Assembly: GCF_006345805.1 (NCBI RefSeq)
Contig: NC_043011.1
Span: forward strand, 24,130,464-24,194,463
DNA length: 64,000 nucleotides
Reading direction: 5' to 3'
Source: Octopus sinensis
Lineage: Eukaryota
Made by a program: the position numbers and the translations under genes. Below, in pieces: positions 14,010 through 27,289 of the stretch. Numbering within the stretch: position 1 is the stretch's first letter; every line of letters starts with the position of its first letter. Under the pieces are notes generated by a model. That model searched no databases. It saw only the letters and a list, made by a program, of their open reading frames with translations, and was not told the DNA's origin.

Positions 14010-14222
14010 ATTTCTAATACAAGCACAAGGTCACAAATTTGAGGTGAGGGGGTTAGCTGATTAAATTCACCCCAGTATATGACTGGTACTTTATTTTATT
14101 GATCAAAGAAGCATGAAGGAGATGACCTTGGTGGGATTTGTAGTCACAATGTAAAGAGTTAGAACAAATCCACAATGTAATTTGTTTGAGTCATTAATGT
14201 TTCTGACAGACCATTGTCCTAA
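14010..14222 (-). mobile_element. tRNA-derived SINE family A, degraded
   Basis: Contains ccccagt..gactggtactttattttattgatc, matching the young copy at 21080-21266. Confidence 0.55.
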
Positions 14223-14821
14223 GCCAGTTCACTACCCTTATAATATAAATTAAGATTTCAAAGAGTAACTCATTAATTTCAATTTAAATAATCATTCAGT
14301 AAAATATCTGGATTCTTAGATATAACAGAACATATTTATGAAAGCAGGTCAGTCCTGAACAAGTACACCTATTCTTAAAGGCATTCCAAGCATCCACACT
14401 ATCCTTTTGCACATGCCATATATCATTTAAGACATTAACTGCTGTTTTTAGCAATTTGTAAATGCTTCCCTTGTTAGTACATCATGATTACATTTTAATG
14501 AGATTGGCTGTGCATCTGCATTCATGGTCGTATGAATGCGTGTATTAGAATGTGTATGTGTGTGTTAGAAACAAAGGAACAGTAATCAAAAGAACGAATA
14601 TGAGATAAAGGGCAATTTTTCTTTGGACCAAAAGGTATATGTAAATAAAGCAGTAGTGAAATGTCTTTGTTCTTTACGATATCAAAGTTTCAACACCATT
14701 CTCATCTTTGTAAACCAAACATTTATCATATAGAAATAAAACAAAAAAAAACCCACACCAACATATTGCATTTACTTTCAGGCCATTCAAAAACAATGGT
14801 ATGAAACAACTCCATAACTAA

Positions 14822-14951
14822 TTCTGGTTTCAAATTTTTGGCAGAAGGCTATCAATTTGGTGGGAGAGAGTAAGTTGATTGCACTGACTCCAGTGCTCAA
14901 CTGGTACTTATTTCATTGACCCTGAATGGATGAAAAGCTAAGTCAACCTCC
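14822..14951 (-). mobile_element. SINE family A, partial
   Basis: ccagtgctcaactggtacttatttcattgaccctgaatggatgaaaagctaagtcaacctc matches family A. Confidence 0.6.
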
Positions 14952-14991
14952 ATAACTAATATTGTAAGACAGTTATAACACTTAGTGTTAA

Positions 14992-16020
14992 ACCTTTCGT
15001 TACTATATTTCTGACCAAAATATGTGTTTCAATTAATTTCTAACATAATCATAAATTTAGTCTGGTTTCATTAAACAACTATAACTTTTTTATTAATATA
15101 TTAAAGTGATTTTTGGAAGATAATTTAATGAAATGTTCTCAACCAATTCTATACTATAATTTTTGTCACAAATTGACTCTAATTGCAGGTAGATACAGGT
15201 AAATTCCACAAAATATAAAATTATTAAAATTTTGTTCAAACATCGCTATAGAAAATGGGTTATTAGCTAATATTCAATTGGGTATACAACAAAATTTTAC
15301 GATAGAATTTGTTATTCTGGGTAACTTTCTGATACCCATAATATTATTTATGGCAAAATAGTCTTAATTTCATTTAAGGTTGTGGGAAACCACTAAATAT
15401 CCTTTCTTTCGCTTTGTTTACATTTAGCGTAACGGTTCGTTTCCGCCGTAATGATTTCAAATAGGCTCATTCAAAAAAGTAAAAAGAAATAGTCTAAGGC
15501 TTTACTCTCCTGGGAAAGTCTGTGGCTTGGTCCAGTTTCTTCAGAAAAATCACCGAAAGAAACACTTTTTAAATTTTCACTCTATTCAGGTGCCAATTCA
15601 TTTTCTTTATTGCTGTCGGAGCTCTCGGATTCACTGTTTTCACTTTCGGAAAATGAAACATCAGATTCATTATCAAATACCACGTGCTTTTTTTTTTCAG
15701 TCATAGAGTTAGATTTATGAAGGTCTTCAGTAGAAAATCCTTCGAATTCCGACTCGCTGCTTGATATAATGAAATTCGTATCCATTTTTTGTCAGAATTA
15801 CAAATTTTGAAAACACAATAGGAACAAATTTCGGAAAAAAATCTCCCAAAATTCACGGAATTAAAATTACACTTCAATTGTTGTACAAAACTGTAGTTGA
15901 ACTGTTTACGAAGTATAATACATGTTTTCACGAATGTACTAAAGAGATTTGCTCTGATATTCTCATTTAAATATGAATAGGTAAATACGGGCGGGTTTGG
16001 GCGGTTTGGTAACGAATGGG
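14992..16020 (-). mobile_element. piggyBac internal-deletion derivative, copy 1
   Basis: TTAA at 14988-14991 and 16021-16024. Terminal inverted repeats (a)cctttcgttac / gtaacgaatggg. Acidic N-terminal transposase ORF at 15582-15785. Nearly collinear with 59707-60773. Confidence 0.9.
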
Positions 16021-16580
16021 TTAATGTAGAGAGCATTAGAAATATAGCTAGATATGATTATTTTGATGTTGTATCTGGTTTGCAAGAGTCTTAATGTCAA
16101 CTCATGTGTTGAAGCAAATTATGTTGTGTTTGGAGAGAGTCATATTGTCTTAATGCCTTATCTAACACACGCACTGGTTCAATTTCTACTCATTTATATT
16201 TTTCTTTCAAAATTTTCATTGCTTTTGCAGCCCTGTCAATGGATGTTGACTGTCCATTATTGAATGAGAAAAAAAAAAAAATCACTATTAGTTAATAATA
16301 TTTTTATTATTCAGTTAAGTCTGCAAGACAACTCCAGATAGGTTTTGATCTTAATATGACCTCATTGGTTAACTTTCACTCCAGTTGCCTAAGAAGTGAT
16401 GATAGAATCACTTAGTGAATGTACATTGGCAGCAACTGTTGTCAATATATTATATTAAAGGAGTTAATATAAATAGTCGAAATGCTAAAGATTTATCATT
16501 CAAATAGTAAATAATGGATAATTTTCTAATTATAATAAAACGGTTTCAATTCTTAATAGTTTCAATATTCTTGTGATTTA

Positions 16581-16790
16581 AGGCAGTAAGCTAGCAGAAT
16601 CGTTAGTATGCCAGTTAAAATGCTTAATAGCATTTTGTCTGTCTTTACTTTCTGAGTTCAAATTCTGCCGAGGTTGACTTTGCCTTTCATCCTTTTGGGG
16701 TTGATAAAATAAACACCAGTTGAGCACTGGGGTCAATGTAAACAACTTACTCCAACCAACAAAATTCCTGGCCTTGTGCCAAAATTTATA
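16581..16790 (+). mobile_element. tRNA-derived SINE family A
   Basis: A-box-like ctagcagaatcgttag and B-box-like gagttcaaattc, then gactttgcctttcatcc...ccagttgagcactggggtc. Confidence 0.75.
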
Positions 16791-17369
16791 ACCAATATTC
16801 TCATGATTTACAATATGAGTGCTAGGGCTTCAGTAAATTGATTAGCCACCACCCCCAAAATGTTGGTATTAGACCTAGCCACATCAATTCTACATTAGGA
16901 AGTAGGTACAAAAGAAAAGAAAAAGCTTTTTATGCAAATCTTAAGCTATGTAAATGATGTGTACCTCAACATCATATATATGATCTTGACTGCAGTATGG
17001 GTAATGAGCTTAGTGAAAAAAAGCCAATAAAATGCTAATGTGAAAAAAAGATTTATAATAGCAGCTTAAAATTACTGAGATAAGATATTTTCGATAAGGC
17101 CACAAGAAATCTGCTTTGAAATTACTTGGTTCAAGATTTGATTCCACTGCATGGAACATTAGGCAAGTGCCTTAGGTTAACTTAATCCTTGTGACTGGAA
17201 TAAGTAGAGAGAAACTCTATACAAGTTCAGCTGTATATAAAAAAAACCCAAGAAAATGAATTCTTTTGAAATACTTGACCCTCTTTCCTAGAAGTATTTG
17301 ACAGGTTTTATTAAGTTAATGAACTAATCAGCAATGCAGATAGATGTTCTGAAAGAATATGGGCCAGAG

Positions 17370-17790
17370 GAAGAATGAGGTGGAAAGTTTACAGAAAGCT
17401 TTTGCCCATGCTGACAGCAAAAGCAGCTCTTCTCCAAGTGAAGGTCATATTGTATGATGCTTATGCACCAACTGAGATATTACTTGATAGTGAAACACAG
17501 GCACTGAATGTGGAGGATGTGCAAAGCTGGAAAGAAATGAGACAAGCCTAATCCACTGGATGTGCAATGTCAGTATGAATGAATTGTGGAGCATAGATGA
17601 ACTGAGAAAAACTGGATAAAAGAGAAATCAGCAACTGTGTGTAAGAGAAGAAACTGTGCTGGCATAGATGTGGTGTGTATGGAAGATAGTAGTTGAGTAA
17701 AAAGTGCCCAGTAATTCAAAATAGAAGGAATGAGAGGAAGAGCAAGAATGAGGAAGATATAGGATTGAATGGTGAAGTTAACAGTCATTT
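17370..17790 (+). mobile_element. Degraded RTE LINE C-terminal fragment
   Basis: Collinear with ORF 993-1526: gaaagtttacagaaagcttttgccc (KF.KLLP), gatagtgaaaca (SET), tggatgtgcaatgtcagt (WMCNVS). Confidence 0.7.
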
Positions 17791-18222
17791 TACCTTCCAA
17801 CATGAAATGAAATGAGTACTAGAATGTAGAGATAGTCAACGAAAACCTTTAAGGCTACAGTCTAATGATTGAAACAAGCAAAATATTAAAAGAATATTTT
17901 ACTGAAACTATGGATACGTGTAAAATATATCTTTTATGAGAAAATGGAATTAAATAAATGCCATATCTCAGAGTTTAAAGTTATTAGCTTACTTTTCCAT
18001 TTTTAAAGACAACTTCATAGAAATAGCTTATATTTATGATATACAGAGCATGATAATTTTTATTGAGGACATAAAAAGAAATAGTACACAAGTTATTTGT
18101 ACAGGAGATTAATAAACGAAAATTACATTTGGTCATCTGAGCAAATTTCCCTCATGGCTTACATTAATTGGATGACTAATTTACTTAATTTTTGACACTT
18201 CCTTCCTAGATTCTTTCTTTAA

Positions 18223-18438
18223 AACTATTAACATTCAGATTACTCAGTCAAATGTAATATTTATTTATTTATTTACATTGTTTTGAATTAATCTCGAATT
18301 ATCTCCTATCTTCAGGATGAGATTGTTTATTTTTAGAATGACATTGTAGAGAAGGTGTGAGATGCCAGATGTGGCTGATTTAAACATAAAACAAGTAGAA
18401 TATTTGAGCTGGATAAGGGTGATTTGAATGTTAAAGGG
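18223..18438. mobile_element. piggyBac-like MITE (~216 bp)
   Basis: Flanked by TTAA at 18219-18222 and 18439-18442. Right end ttgaatgttaaaggg; degenerate left end ttaacattcagat. Confidence 0.5.
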
Positions 18439-18819
18439 TTAATTTTCATCTAGATTATGCTAATTTATATTAGGATTTTTGAAAACTAGAGTAATATACA
18501 ACAATAAATGGGCATACTTGATAAAAAAAAAATTCAGTTTCCGTTCTTTTTTAATCTTATGCTGATCTTGTGCTTAATATTTGATTTTTCAGGTTTCTAT
18601 TAAGAAAATCAAATATGACAATGAAAACTTTGTTTCATTACAGTTCTGTTCTAGAATATGAAATATATTAAAAAGTATGCAAAATCATTCAGTATTTAAG
18701 GTTATTATGATCTAATGAAAATAAATACAAAATGCTAAGGGCATTAATTATTAAAATTTATAAAATAAAAATATTCATGTTCTAGTTACTTTATGTTGCT
18801 ACAAATGCTAGGCCTCATC

Positions 18820-19280
18820 ATTACTGCGAATCTCTGCTGGTTGAATATACATACTAAACTTAGTAAAGACTAGCCTTTTTCTGAGTCAGAAAATACTTCA
18901 GATCCCAACAACTATTAAATACTTCATTCACATACAGATCAGTTATCATTAAACATGCACATCCATGACAACTTTCAAAGAAAATCCACTTAACTGACTG
19001 ACATGAAGTTACTATCACACCAAACTCTAGCTCACAGACAAGTTGTGTCTGCCTTTTCCTGTATTACTACAGTGGCCTCTGTTCCTCAGAACTGAATGAT
19101 CTTCTACCACCCTCTACTCACTCATTTCCTTCCCTCATCACTTATACTGAATGCACCAATGTTCAGGCCTATGCAATAACTATTATACTTATTTTGCCCC
19201 ACCTAAAACATTGGACCTCAGAAATTCTCTACCAGCATGTTTTCCCTACCACTATCAACATACAACTGTTCAACAGGAAT
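18820..19280 (+). mobile_element. Degraded CR1/L2-type LINE 3' fragment
   Basis: ctagctcacaga...tattactacagtggcctctgttcctcagaactgaatgatcttctacca (LAHR...YYSGLCSSELNDLLP). Same family as 7500 and 55400. Confidence 0.55.
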
Positions 19281-19955
19281 ATCAACTACATTAATCTCAC
19301 CCATCTTAGAGAGGTTGCAAAAAGCATTGATACAGGTCTACCTCCATTTAAAACCAATTGAAAATTTGCTTTAAACAATTTCCGGCATCACACATGATTT
19401 TCATATAAGATGCTTTAGTGTTTATCATTTAGATAAATTTGCAAATAGATATTCTGTAGCTAGATGGAACTATTTAAATAAAACACGAAAGTACAAGCTA
19501 TTCTTCACTGTTTAAAGCAATTAGAGAAATATTTCTTGATTTTACTTCAATGGTTCCATCTAACAACAGAATATCTAGCTACACATTAAGGTTATTTGGT
19601 TTCACTTAAGTATACAACTCCCTGTAACTCAGGTTAAAGGGAGATGTACATAAGTGGACCCAAGGGTTGGATAAGGTGAGTGGTGAAAGGAGAGTGTGAG
19701 GTGAAAGGGGGAGGGAAGTAGAGTGAGTGGACAGCAATAGAGGAGGGATTGTTAGGAGGGTATGCTGTAGGGGTAAAGATTAACAGGAACATCAGGGAGA
19801 AAGAGGAGAGATAGATACAGCAGATGTTAAGCACAGGTGGAGGTGAAAGAGAGAACTTGTGTAGGGAAGATGGAATGTGGGGAAGAGTTCTGTCAGGGAC
19901 AGATTATCTATTGGGTTGCATATTTTATATTTGCAAACCAAATCCCAAAACGAAC

Positions 19956-19966
19956 TATATATATAT

Positions 19967-20039
<73 letters not shown>

Positions 20040-20100
20040 GTGCAGACACACACATATATACATACATATATATATACACATATATATGCATACACATACA
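19956..20100. repeat. (AT)n/(ATAC)n microsatellite
   Basis: Direct inspection. Confidence 0.95.
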
Positions 20101-20103
20101 TGT

Positions 20104-20870
20104 ATTGTGTCATCCCATAAATAGTGGGTTTTTTTTTTACACTTCATTTACTTTTCAAAATTAGGATAAGGTTCTTTAATCTAAAATATACACTCCTTCA
20201 TTTTCTATAATACCAGGTATTTGATAGGCTTGCAAGGCCCCTCTTCCAAAATTCATTTGTCCATGATGAAAAATACTCCTCCAGTACTGTTCTGACCTCA
20301 TCTACAAAATTCATATTTTTCAATCCAAATGATTTTGAAGACTGTGGAATAAATGATAGTTAGATGGGGAAATGTCTGGCAAATATAGTGGGTGGAGCAT
20401 TGTTTCCCATTCAAATTGCTCCAGCCTTTGGAGTGTCATCCTCACTTTATGTGGCCGAGCATTATCCTGATGGAAAGACACCTTTCGTCTTGAAACCAAA
20501 GATGATCATTTTTCTTCTAGCGCTGACTTAAGCTGCTCCAGCTGCTCACAGTAGATCTCCTTTGTTAGTGTTTGTTTTGGGCTTAAAAGTTCAAAGTGGA
20601 CTAAACCTTTCATACCTCACCAAAGAGATAACAACACTTTACATGGGTGAAGACCTTCTTTAGCCTGGGATGCTGGTGTTTCTCCTTTTGCTACCCACTG
20701 TCTTCAGTACTTGACATTTCTCATCACCAGTCATGATTCATTTGTGAGATGTGACAGCAAACAAGAGCACACATTCACTGTCTGCATGCGATTAGACTGC
20801 GAAAGTTTGTGAGGAAACCATTGGCCAAATTTGCTGACTTTTTTGATGGCATGTAGACGTGTGTGCATGT
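20104..20870 (-). mobile_element. mariner (DD34D) transposase relic, 3' half
   Basis: Minus-strand translation gives WFPHKL, FHQDNARPH and HPLYLPDISPSNYHLF. There are 34 residues between the QDN Asp and the third catalytic position, which is mutated to Asn. Frameshifts and stops are present. Confidence 0.85.
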
Positions 20871-21040
20871 AGACATGTATGTGCATGTAGACATGTATGT
20901 GCATGCACATGTAGACATGCATGCAGACATGTATGTGCATGCACATGTAGACATGCCTGCAGACATGTATGTGCATGTATACATGCACTCATATACATAT
21001 ATATATACATATAAGTATACATACACATCTATACATATAT
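20868..21040. repeat. Low-complexity catgtagacatgtatgtg minisatellite grading into (ATAC)n
   Basis: Direct inspection. Confidence 0.85.
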
Positions 21041-21079
21041 ATTTCTTTACTACCCACAAGGGGCTAAACATAGAGGGGA

Positions 21080-21266
21080 CAAATAAGGACACACAAAGGG
21101 ATTAAGTCGATTACATCGACCCAGTGCGAAACTGGTACTTTATTTATTGACCCCGAGGGGATGAAAGGCAAAGTCGACCTCGGCGGAACTTGAACTCAGA
21201 ACGTAACGACAGACGAAATACCGCTAAGCATTTCGCCCGGCGCGCTAACGTTTCTGCCAGCTCGCC
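21080..21266 (-). mobile_element. tRNA-derived SINE family A, young and CpG-rich
   Basis: Minus strand reads ggcgagctggcagaaacgttagcgcgccgggcgaaatgc...gagttcaagttccgccgaggtcgac, with Pol III A/B-box-like motifs. Confidence 0.85.
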
Positions 21267-21279
21267 GTATACATACACA

Positions 21280-22424
21280 TCTACCACACATGTGGAAAAG
21301 TGGTGTGTGTTTGTGGCGTTGTTAGCTAACTCCTCCTACATTTTTTTTTTGATTTTGATGAAACTTGACACGTGAGTAGAACTCATGTCTGGAAACCTCG
21401 TGGCATTCTTAGGTTGTTGAAAATAATTGATAATAGAGCCCATGGAAGGGACCTTTATATCTACCTCATAACTATTTTTATATTATAAACACCCATGGGA
21501 AATAACCCACAGCACTTGTACAATATTTTTTTTTTTTAAACACTGAAGAGGAATAACCCATTTCATTGCTTGTGTTCAATTACTTCGAATATTGATTTTT
21601 TTTTGTGTGTCCTATTTCTAATTTTTGCAAACAATATCACTTTTATACTTTGACATGTAAGTAGAACTCATGTCTGGAAACCTGGTGACATAATTAGATT
21701 GTTGAAAAAAATCAAAAAAAAGGATCTTCCAATGGATCCTTCTATCTAGTACATATTACTAATATTTTATTTAAACAACCCAAGGGGATTAACTCATACT
21801 ACCTATAGATTTTAGCAAAGCAATCAATATTTGATACTCACGATCAGCCGACCTAATTCTGCATTTCACTACTCACAGTTTTGAATTGTTAAATATTATT
21901 ATTGCACTTCCTTAATTTGAAACTTAAACATTAAAGACTTCATTTATACATTTCTATACATACATACATTTTTGAATGCCCATTACTCTGATAATTCTGC
22001 AGTTTTACAGTTATACTCTTTTTCCATGACAGTAGATAAATTTTTTACTCCACAACATATTTGTAATGGCTTTATGTAGGCATAACATGGATTCGATCCT
22101 CAACTGTCATATTTCACTTTACACCTCAACAGTGCTTTTCTCACGGTAAAACAATAGTTTTCCTGTGAATGACAGCAGTTATACACTTCCCAGATGCTTT
22201 TGCTAAGCAGAATAATGTTTTTACCTCTCGCCAACCTCCGAAAACCCCTCTCATGAACCTCCAACAATCTCTCTCTCCTCCAGCTGACAGTATTTTGTAC
22301 ATTTTCATAAAGGAAAATACATTTTTGTGGCAGTTATAATGAAATTGCTTTCTTACATCAGAGTAATAAGGCGTTTCAATAGAACATCTTTATGCCCGGG
22401 AATTACCAGGTACACCAGCTAGTA
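21280..22424 (-). mobile_element. Possible non-autonomous Helitron2/Helentron-associated (HINE/DINE-like) element
   Basis: Minus-strand 5' end atACTAGCTGgtgtacc..cccggg. Near the 3' end: aagtttcatcaaaatc...gtaggaggagttagc then tagat. Internal direct repeat at 21362-21425 / 21650-21715. Confidence 0.4.
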
Positions 22425-22429
22425 TATAC

Positions 22430-22461
<32 letters not shown>

Positions 22462-22729
22462 GTATACACACACATACACACATATATACATATACATATA
22501 TGTATACATATATAAGCAAAGATATATATATACACACGCACATACATACATACACACACATATATATATATATATACATACACACGCATACATACATACA
22601 CACATATATACATATATATATATATATACATACACACGCATATATACATATATATATACACACGCATATATACATATATACATACACACGCATATATACA
22701 TATACATATATATACACACGCATATATAC

Positions 22730-22781
<52 letters not shown>

Positions 22782-22806
22782 ACACACATATATACATATA
22801 TATATA
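22425..22806. repeat. Complex (AT)/(AC)/(acacgcat) microsatellite
   Basis: Direct inspection. Confidence 0.95.
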
Positions 22807-23127
22807 AAGACTCCGCCGGTTACGACGACGAGGGTCCCAGCTGATACGATCAACGGAACAGCTTGCTCGTGAAATTAACGTGCAAATGGCTGAGCATTCC
22901 ACAGACACGTGTACCCTTAATGTAGTTCTCGGGGATAATCAGCGTGACACAGAGAGTGACAAGGCTGGCCCTTTGAAATACAAGTACAACTCATTTTTGC
23001 CAGCTGAGTGGACTGGAGCAACGTGAAATAAAGTGTCTTGCTCAAGGACACAACGCGTCGCCGGGAATCGAACTCACAACCTTACGATCATGAGCCGAAT
23101 GCCCTAACCACTAAGCCACGCGCCCTC
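22807..23127 (-). mobile_element. tRNA-derived SINE family C, young
   Basis: Head ggcgcgtggcttagtggttagggc...gagttcgattccc, followed by the central motif tgtgtccttgagcaagacact. Homologous to 37417-37697. Confidence 0.8.
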
Positions 23128-23194
23128 TACATATATATATACACACACATATATACATATACACACAAATATATACATACAAACACATATACAC

Positions 23195-23231
<37 letters not shown>

Positions 23232-23325
23232 CACATACACACATATACATATATATACAAACACATACATATATACATACACACACATATATATACATAC
23301 ACATAAATATATATACACATACATA
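23128..23325. repeat. (AT)/(ATAC) microsatellite
   Basis: Direct inspection. Confidence 0.95.
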
Positions 23326-25699
23326 AGTTATGTAGGTATAAGTTAGAGGTGTTTAAAACCTCTAAGGGATGGTTAAATCCAAAGGCACTCCTGGTGTTTA
23401 GCTGCGTATGTAGAGTCCTTAGTAAAAGGTATATGGTAGCAGGTAATTCAGCGGGTAAACCGTAGTTTAAATTATATGCATGAAGAAAATGGATGAAAAA
23501 TTACATGAAGACGTTGGTTGTTTGCGCTAGTAAGCCATTAATTTAATTAATTAATAAAGAAAAGTGGTAGTAATAGTACATTAAAAATATGAAGCACTTC
23601 ATGAATTTGCATGAATTCATGAAGCATTCCATATTTTTAAGGTACTATTACTATCACTTGCACAAACAACCAACTTCTTCCTGTTACTGTTCCTCTATTT
23701 TCTTCTTGCATATACACATACATATATATGAATACATATACACATACATATATAAATACATATACAGAAACATATATAAATACATATACAGAAACATATA
23801 TACATATAAACAAATACAAACACACAAATATTATACCTAACCACAAACAATAAATATTTTTCTAATATACAAAAATTTAACTGAAAATTGCTGAGTTATC
23901 AAAACCAAACTACACCCCCTCATAATAATCAAAGTTTGTCTGTACTTTTAAAAACTAAGATTGAATTTCTTATTTAACCGGAAATTAAAAATACTGATTT
24001 AATTTTGCATAAAGAAATACATTCTGCTCTAAGTAATGAAGAAATGTATAATTTATGCTGTCAATTACTTATATAACAAATACTTATAAAAGATCTGACA
24101 TATAATATAGCTCATTGAAAAACTTAAATCAACTGAGATTATCCAAGCAATCAGTTAACAAAATATCCCTTTCAGGTGGGATCTAAAGGAAACAATGAAT
24201 ATAACTCCAATATGAGATAATTGAAATTTTGGGGTAATATAGATAAAGCAGATAGGAATGGATCTGGCTTTTAAAGCCAACAGTTGAAAGCAAAAGACAT
24301 TTTACATTCCCATTAATTCTCTCTCTCGCACACATACATATGCATGTGTGTGTGTGTGCGCACGCATGTATTATTGATCGCACTTGTTAACAGACTATAT
24401 TCAATGGAAATATCTAATAAGTCTAAAACAATGTCTGTTTTTAGATTTTAAACATTCACTGGAGATAATTTTTGTTTACAATTGCTTGAACAATCTAAGC
24501 TGATAAAAGTTTCTTTATACTCACTGTATTGCATATGTGAGACACAACATTTGCGTTCAGTATGCAGAATGCACACTTGAATTAATAATATATTAGTTAA
24601 CAGAGATAATACTTTATTGAAAAATACTTTATTGGATAAAAAAAAATCAGTAAATGCTAAAACGAAGTTAACTCTTTACACAAAGCTTAATAATATACTA
24701 AATACACTAAATTATTAAAATGAGCAACAAGTTACAAACATTAAAACGGGTAATCATGACTATATTATTCTGAATAAATAAATCTGTTCTATCAAGGATA
24801 TGTACAATTATTCAATTTGTATTACAAAACTCATTGAGAGTAAATTTTATTTGTAACTCAAGTAAGCTATGTGTAACATCACAAAAGTCAAATTCTGAAA
24901 TCAAATGTCCTTATGGGCAGGGTTTACCAGTTGAAATATACTGTGAGTATTTTGGGTGTTTTATCAGCATACATACCACATGATTCAAAACACCTATGTG
25001 TAGAGAACATGTAATAAATTTTCAGAAGAGAAGTACCTGATTTGTGTAATGTGAAACTACAGAAGTGAATGCAGGAGCTGATAGGTAGCCACTAAATGTG
25101 ATAAAAAAATAGCATCTCAATTTCATGTAAATCACACCTTTCCATAAAAGGAAAGGAAAGGCCATGATGTATGTTCCACATATGACTGTATAAAATGAAG
25201 AATGATCTCAGTTTTAATGTCTATGATCATGCATAAAAAGAGCTTAAATATCATGAACTACACGAAAGAGTAATGCAGCAATTCTTATGAACCAGCAACA
25301 CTTTGGTGGAAGACATTTTTTTTCAACATTAGCTAAATATAACTATTGTTAAGGAGGCATACATTTTAATTGATGATCAAGGGTCAAGCCTCTATGTAGT
25401 TGAGTGACCTGCTAGAAATAGAAGGTACACCTTGTTCATTTGGCATTTTACTTGCTTGAAAAGGGAAGGCCATATAATGTAGTTCTAGATATGGTAAGCC
25501 CAAGATCATGGCTGAAAAGGCAAGGTTGGTTTGGGTTAAATAACATTCAGTTTAAATCCTTAGTAGTTTTATACTCTTTAACTAATATTGTGTGAGTAAA
25601 ATTTGGTAAATAGAAACTGTAAAGAAAGACAATTGTGTATGTGTATTTATAATGAACTAGAGAAACCCATGGAAATTCCAAGGTGTAAGTCAGCATCAT

Positions 25700-25950
25700 T
25701 ATCATTTAATATGTTGTCCATGCTGGCATGGGTTGGATGGTTTGACTAGGGGTGGCAAGCTGGAAGGCTGCGCCAGTCTCCAGTCTAATTTGGCATGGAT
25801 TCTATGGCTGGATGCCCTTCCTAACATCAACCAGCCTGAGAGTGTAATGGGTGCTTTTACGTGCCATTTGTGTGACACTGGTATCTGCCACAACTATGAT
25901 TTTGCTCGGCTTCATGGGTCTTCTCTCAAGCACAACATAATACCAAAGGT
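25700..25950 (-). mobile_element. RTE LINE 3' tail, 5'-truncated
   Basis: ccatgctggcatgggttggatgg...ggatgcccttcctaac, matching 470-850. Confidence 0.7.
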
Positions 25951-26316
25951 CTCCACCAGGGCTTCATTTGAAAATATTAATATATCAAATACAAGGAAGA
26001 AATTTCCAACAGGTTCTTTTGAAATTCTGCCATTCAATAAAAATTGAAATTAACTTAGAAGGAATGCTTATGTACTTTACAGTTTAAGGAAATAAAAGAC
26101 GAATTAAAAGTCAGTCAATTTATCTGGCACTATATTCCTTTTCTTGAGAAGTTCTAATTGTTAATTCTTACCTGTATTCACCTGATGAAAACAGTTTTTT
26201 TTGCATGATGTAATACATCTGAAACAGCTGTAGTGAACCACAATCCATCTGTTATTATGTATGTGTGTGTGATACATAAAGCTATACTCTTTTGCTTTAC
26301 AACCACTACCACTGCT

Positions 26317-26690
26317 CATCATCATCATCATCATCGTTTAACGTCCGTTCTCCATGCTAGCATGGGTTGGACGGTTCGACCGGGGATCTGGGAAGCCAGA
26401 AGGCTGCACCAGGCTCCAGTCTAATCTGGCAATGTTTCTACAGCTGGATGCCCTTCCTAATGCCAACCACTCCGTGAGTGTAGTGGGTGCTTTTTACGTG
26501 CCACCTGCACAGGTGCCAGGCAAGGCTGGCAACGGCCACGGTCGGATTGGTGTATACTATGTGCCACCGGCACGGAAGCCAGTCGAGGCGGTGCTGGCAT
26601 CGGCCACGAGTCGGATAGTGCTTTTTACGTACCACCAGACCAGGGATCCTGGCTGGTTCAATTCGATTTCGATTTCGCTTGCCCCAACAT
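26317..26690 (-). mobile_element. RTE LINE 3' tail, 5'-truncated, young
   Basis: (cat)n-cgtttaacgtccgttctccatgctagcatggg...; three ~63-bp internal repeats (gtgctttttacgtgccacc). Confidence 0.8.
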
Positions 26691-27289
26691 AATTACTAAT
26701 TGAGATTATTTTCATTACATTTCAGTTCAGTTAACTATCTATTTGTATATGTATTAATATATCACCTTCTCTGTATATCTGTTGATATATCTGTAGGCTC
26801 ACCTATGTACCTATATCTATCCATCTAGCTAGTTAGTTAACTATCACATTTACATTCCCTTCTGTATCTGTTTACTCTTATAATACTAAGTATTTAAGCA
26901 AATAACACAAAAGAGAAAATGAATAATGGTAATGTCCTAGCATGGCCACAACCTTTGGTCTGTAACATGTAAAAGATAAAAGTGTAATATCCTAGCTATT
27001 TGCTAACTAAGGTTATTTCACTTTAATTTTACTATCTATTAATATGAATTTATAGATCTTCTTGACATTGTTTCAGGATCTTTTCAATCTCAATCACAGA
27101 TTTTTTAATTAATTCTTTTTAACTAAACAGTTTGAAACTTTAGATGCTGATTGAATGTGTCTCATAGAACACAGTTTACTCATAACGTTTTCGACAAAAT
27201 TTTGTATTTTAGAAGTTATTTCATGTTAAAGTTGTCGTATTTGGATAATTTTAACTAATCAATGACATGTATTCAGCTGAAGAAAGTTA

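Noticed and set aside
23050-23127. tRNA-like cloverleaf with a CAT anticodon-like loop on the minus strand
   Set aside because: The stems are imperfect and it continues directly into the SINE C body, which has a second copy at 37417. It is a SINE head, not a tRNA gene.
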